Assembly: GCA_052426225.1 (NCBI GenBank)
Contig: JBNJNM010000010.1
Coordinates: forward strand, 434,001 to 498,000
DNA length: 64,000 bases
Direction: 5' to 3'
Source of the DNA: Zancudomyces culisetae HAW-14-8
Taxonomy: Eukaryota > Fungi > Kickxellomycota
Shown: positions 59,521 to 64,000 of the stretch, piece by piece
Layout of the letters: each line of letters opens with the position of its first letter
Position numbering within the stretch: position 1 is the first letter of the stretch
The notes under the pieces: generated by a model
What the model saw: only the letters and a program-made list of their open reading frames with translations
Databases searched by the model: none
What the model was told of the DNA's origin: nothing
Made by a program: the position numbers and the translations under genes

Positions 59521-61638
59521 TTTGTTTATTGTATATCGTGTAATTGGTGACTAGTATATTATTCCGTTGTACCTTGATTTAATCGATGATATAGATTGAC
59601 ATACATTTAGTAGCAGATGCTATGATATTTTATAAACTTAGTCTTATTCAAAATTCAATGTTGATGTGTAGAACGGTGAATCTCCTTCCGGAAATTTATG
59701 GCAAGTGTGTTAAGCGTATTATATATGTATTCCCTTCCTTATGCACTTTTTTTTTGTAAAGCATTAATATTAATATATGATGCTTTATCAGGGTTAAAAA
59801 TTGTGTGATGAACATAAAAAGCCATGCTGAAGGGCATTAATATGACCAAGACTATTTGGTACTTTGTATGCAACACTACATGTTTATTTATGTTTAAGCG
59901 CACCTCACAATTTGCTGGTCTTCAAATCCAAGGCTCTCCATGTTTAATGCATCTGTTAATCGGTACTTTTTATTTTCTAAAACATGGGCTAGAATATGAA
60001 AAAAAAATAGCAGCAAATCCACCAATGTTAACCCGCAAAAAAAAGGAAAATATATCCTAGTTTCAAGAAAACTAGGCTCAGCCTGCTCACCAATCCGGTG
60101 TATATTCTCGCTCGTTTACACGGCTTATCCTTCTTTGCTCACCAACAATTAGGCAGAGACCATAAACAAGTTTGACAACCTTACATTATGGCAATGAAAA
60201 TCAAAAGGGTAAACACAAATCGACAGCGCTAAAGGACCTGCCATACTGAATTTTTTGTTTCTAGCCTTCATGATCTCCGCTTTATTTAATAATTAAACAG
60301 GGATTCACTTGAAGAATACTATCCTACCCACAACACTCTCCCTCCTCCCTCCTCCCTTCTCCCCCGGGGGACCTACACAGCCGCAGACCTAACTGCTGTT
60401 ATTTATTTATTTATTTATTGTACATGACTCAATGTAAATAATATTTAGTAAATTGAGGGCGGTTTGCTATTTTCTCGCACAGGATCTTGCTTTGTGATTT
60501 CTGAACTAAGAGGTAAAGTTTTTGGTAATTTTCCACACTGCCCTTTGCTAGTATCAAGTACCATGATATTATATATGGTATTTAATATCTGAACCCCTCC
60601 TCCGACCCTATCCTTCTCTCCAGAAAACATTACAGAGTGAAGTGTTATTGAAACAGCAATCAGTGTATGCCATATTTTGACTGCTGCTTGTCCCCAGAGG
60701 CATCATAATTTCATTTTGTTTTATCACACATAGAGATCATATCTGCCTTTTTCTTTATACGACGAGAAAACCTGAACGCCTTAATTGCTTGATATTATAG
60801 CACCATTTTCCAGAGCTATAGTGCATATGTGTATGAAAATACATATATCAAGAGATGGCAGTTAACAGCTGGGCTGATGTGTAGCAGTAAAATGTTATAT
60901 TTGAGTCTAGTTGAACGGGATCAATTTCTGGGTGAAAGGTGATAAGAACTACTATACATTACTCTTCATTTGGGTTATCTTGCACATACGCTAATACCAC
61001 AGTGTTGTGCTTGGTGATATACCTGAATTCATTGCTTAAAAATAATCATTAATTGATGCCGCTCTTTTGGATAATCCAAAAGTGCGCAAGAAATGACAGA
61101 AATGCTGAAGTTAGATGACCCACGTAACATACAACCAAAAAGTATCTTTTTTTTTCACCGAAAAGTAAAACAAGGCCAAGTGCACTCAGAATGCTTGGGT
61201 GATGTTCACACCTTATGACAGGCTTTTCACACAATATTTTCGGCATTTTACTATTATAATAAATATTATTAGTATTAGTAATTTTTTTTTTTTTGGCAAT
61301 TATGTATTCAAACCCAATTTGTGAAAAAGTAAAAACAAGCAAAAAATGTAAATGGTAAAAAAAAACGTACATAATATTAGCAAAAACACGCAAGTCTATT
61401 GGATTGTAGTTCGGGAAAGCAACTTTTTGGAGAATTGTAATGAAACGAAAACAATGATAACTGGAATTAATTTGTAATTAGTAGTAAAAATATCTAGAGC
61501 TTTTGAAAACAGAGTGCTTCCTAGCTGAGTTGCTTTTAAGAGCTTAGGTGTTTATATATGAGTGTATATAAATGTAGATATTTGCTGAAAGAATTTATTA
61601 GCTAGTAGAAAAAAGGAGAAACAGGCGGATAAAAAAGA

Positions 61639-64000
61639 ATGAATTTTAGGTCCGACAACAATCAGGTGGTCAACCAGCTGCAAAACAGCTTGGCGAAGCT
61701 GAAATTTATCAGCAACAAATTCATAAACACACTAAGAAAAGGTAAGGATGAACACAAATTTAAAAGGAGTGTATAGGTTATGCTTAAAGCCGATCCTTAA
61801 ATCAATGATGAAAAATAAGTTTTGCTAAACAATTGGAAATTGAAAAATAAAATATAGGAGAAAACTATGAATTGAGAACGGAATTGAATAGCGAATATAG
61901 AGAGAGAAGAAAAGAGGCAGTGAGACGGGTGATAGCCAACATGACAATTGGGAAGGATGTTTCGGGGTTGTTTACGGATGTGTTAAAAAATATGCAAACA
62001 GATGATTTGGAAATCAAGAAGCTAATATATTTGTATTTGATTAACTACGCAAAAGTGCAACCAGAATTAGTAATCTTGGCAATAAACACATTTGTAAAGG
62101 TAAGGAAAAAAAATAATAGAACAATAGAGTGGTACTGATAAAGGATTAGCATCGCCAACATGTGTGTGTGTTTATTAGAAATGGTTTTGGGTAATAGGAA
62201 AATTAATAGAGAAACTTCTAAAGAAGGGGAACGTGTTGTGAATGGATATAATATATAGGATTCGGAGGATAAAAACCCATTATTGAGGGCACTGTCCATA
62301 AGAACAATGGGATGTCTCCAGGTTCCAGAAATTTTGGATTACATAATAGATCCGCTGAAGAGATGCTTGAGAGATAAAGACGCGTATGTGAGGAAGACAG
62401 CAGTGGTGTGTGTGGCAAAGATATACGAATTGAGTAGCGAGGCAGCAATTGAGTATGGCTTGGTATCTACGGTGAAGGGAATGGTAACTGATCCAAATGC
62501 CATAGTAGTTGCTAATGTGATATCGAGCTTACGAGAGATGAATCTAAGCAGCAGAAAGAGATACGGAGAAAGTATATGGACACTGAATAAAGATTTGATG
62601 GAGAAGCTGCTAAAAGTACTGAACGACACCACGGAATGGGGACAGGTCTCGATCCTGGAAGCGCTTGCAGAGTATGAGCCAGTAAATAGCAAGGAAGCGG
62701 AGCGGGTGTGTGACGGTGTTTTACCAAGACTGCAACACGCAAATGGAAGTGTGGTTCTGACAGCTATTCGGGTGTTATTGCAGTACGAAAAACATGTCAA
62801 CGATGAGGCAGCACTGGCCAAATACAGCAAAAAGATGGTTCCACCATTGGTATCCCTGATGAGTGCAGCACCAGAAATGCAGTATGTAGCACTCAGAAGT
62901 ATTGGGTTGGTGATTCGACAACGACCAAAGCTGCTGAGGAACGAGCTTCGTGTGTTCTACTGCAAATACAACGATCCAGATTATATAAAGTTTGAAAAGA
63001 TGGAGTTGCTAGTAGCCCTTTGCGAGGAAAAGAACATCGAGATATTGTTGGCAGAATTGGGAGAGTATGCCCGAGAGGTAGATTCTGAAGTCAGCAAGCG
63101 GGCAATTATAGCCATAGAAAAAGTGGCACTGCAGCATCAAAGCGGCGCACTGAACTGTGCACAGCTGCTTATCGAGTTGTTGAATAACAAGGGCGCAGAA
63201 GGTAAACAGCATTGCTGTATCGCTTTAAGCAGCATTGCAAGAACGTATAATGATCTGGCTACGGGTATAATATCCCAGCAGGCAATTCCTACACTCATTG
63301 AGCAATACGAGGAGCTCAATAGTGATGCGGCTGCCAAGGCAAGTCTGATAGATATGGTGGGCGAGTATGAGCTTGATGAGAGCATGATGGCTTACGACTT
63401 TTTGGAGACACTCAGTGCTGAGTTTTTGACAGAAGAGGAAAAGGTGCAGCTAGCGATTGTTCACAGCACCGTCAAGTATTTCCTGAAAAACCCTTCACGA
63501 GCACAGGAGCTGTTGCTTAATATGCTTAAAATGGGTACTGAATCTAGCCAGAGTATGGACGTGCGTGATGTTTCCTACATGTACTGGCGAATGCTGAGCG
63601 AATCCAGCCCAGCCTTTGCAAAAAGAATTATTTTGGTTGATGGACGATCACCAGGTTCTACCCGCCCCACTCCAATTAATCCTTATGAATTGGAAGCCAG
63701 AATCAACATTCCTCCGCACTTGCTAGATACCTTTTTGAGGGAGTTGGGAAGTATCAGTTCGGTATTGCGTGTTGACAAGCAAAATAAACAATCTGCTTTG
63801 TTATTGTCTTCGCTTTCTCAACGAACTGCAGTCGGTGCAATAGCAAATACAAATGCGACCAACAGATATGTACTGTTTGGTGAGGACCACAGCCCTACTG
63901 GCGCTACATCTTCTTACAGAACTGCTGGTGTTGATTCTGATGGTATGATGTCACAATCAGCAAAAGAAAACGAGCCAGATGACCAAGATGAACCTGAATT
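61639..64000 (+). CDS. APL2: Clathrin adaptor beta subunit (most likely AP-1 beta), 3'-truncated by window
   Basis: Exons 61639-61741, 61858-62099 and 62259 to past 64000. [15 protein letters not shown]...[51 protein letters not shown] and [12 protein letters not shown]. Confidence 0.92.

Noticed and set aside
62179-62191. Possible 12-nt microexon (AG|AAATGGTTTTGG|GTAATA) in AP beta intron 2
   Set aside because: Not needed for frame, and it would insert KWFW into the conserved TFVK-DSED motif.
1-64000. Selenoprotein, SECIS or stop-codon read-through, considered because some early-diverging fungi use Sec
   Set aside because: No reconstructed gene needs an in-frame TGA, and no convincing SECIS hairpin or tRNA-Sec was seen.

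Overview
AT-rich, intron-containing fungal nuclear DNA with GT-AG introns, CTAAC/CTAAT branch points and the standard code. Style and divergence suggest an early-diverging lineage such as Harpellales/Kickxellomycotina; this is an inference, not established. About 21 protein-coding genes can be rebuilt by hand: U1-70K (partial), an Scm3/HJURP-like protein, an RGS protein, a PlsC-family acyltransferase, NDUFA1, TRP2, VPS53, ENP1, PRI1, RLP24, an ABCC transporter, RFT1, PSY2, POP1, BUD6, mitochondrial bL35 (largely missed by the ORF track), RCC1, uL23m, MSS51, an orphan membrane protein and an AP-1 beta subunit (partial). No tRNA, rRNA, CRISPR array or intact transposon was recognised. Main oddities: (1) the acyltransferase reading frame apparently needs a single-nucleotide exon (AG|G|GTAAGT at 13929); (2) the ABCC transporter has both ABC signature motifs degenerate, suggesting a pseudo-ATPase; (3) strand-composition polarity flips inside genes, independent of transcription direction; (4) the Scm3-like domain is divergent and sits behind SCB/E2F-type sites; (5) several apparently spliced non-coding or leader transcripts lie in intergenic gaps.
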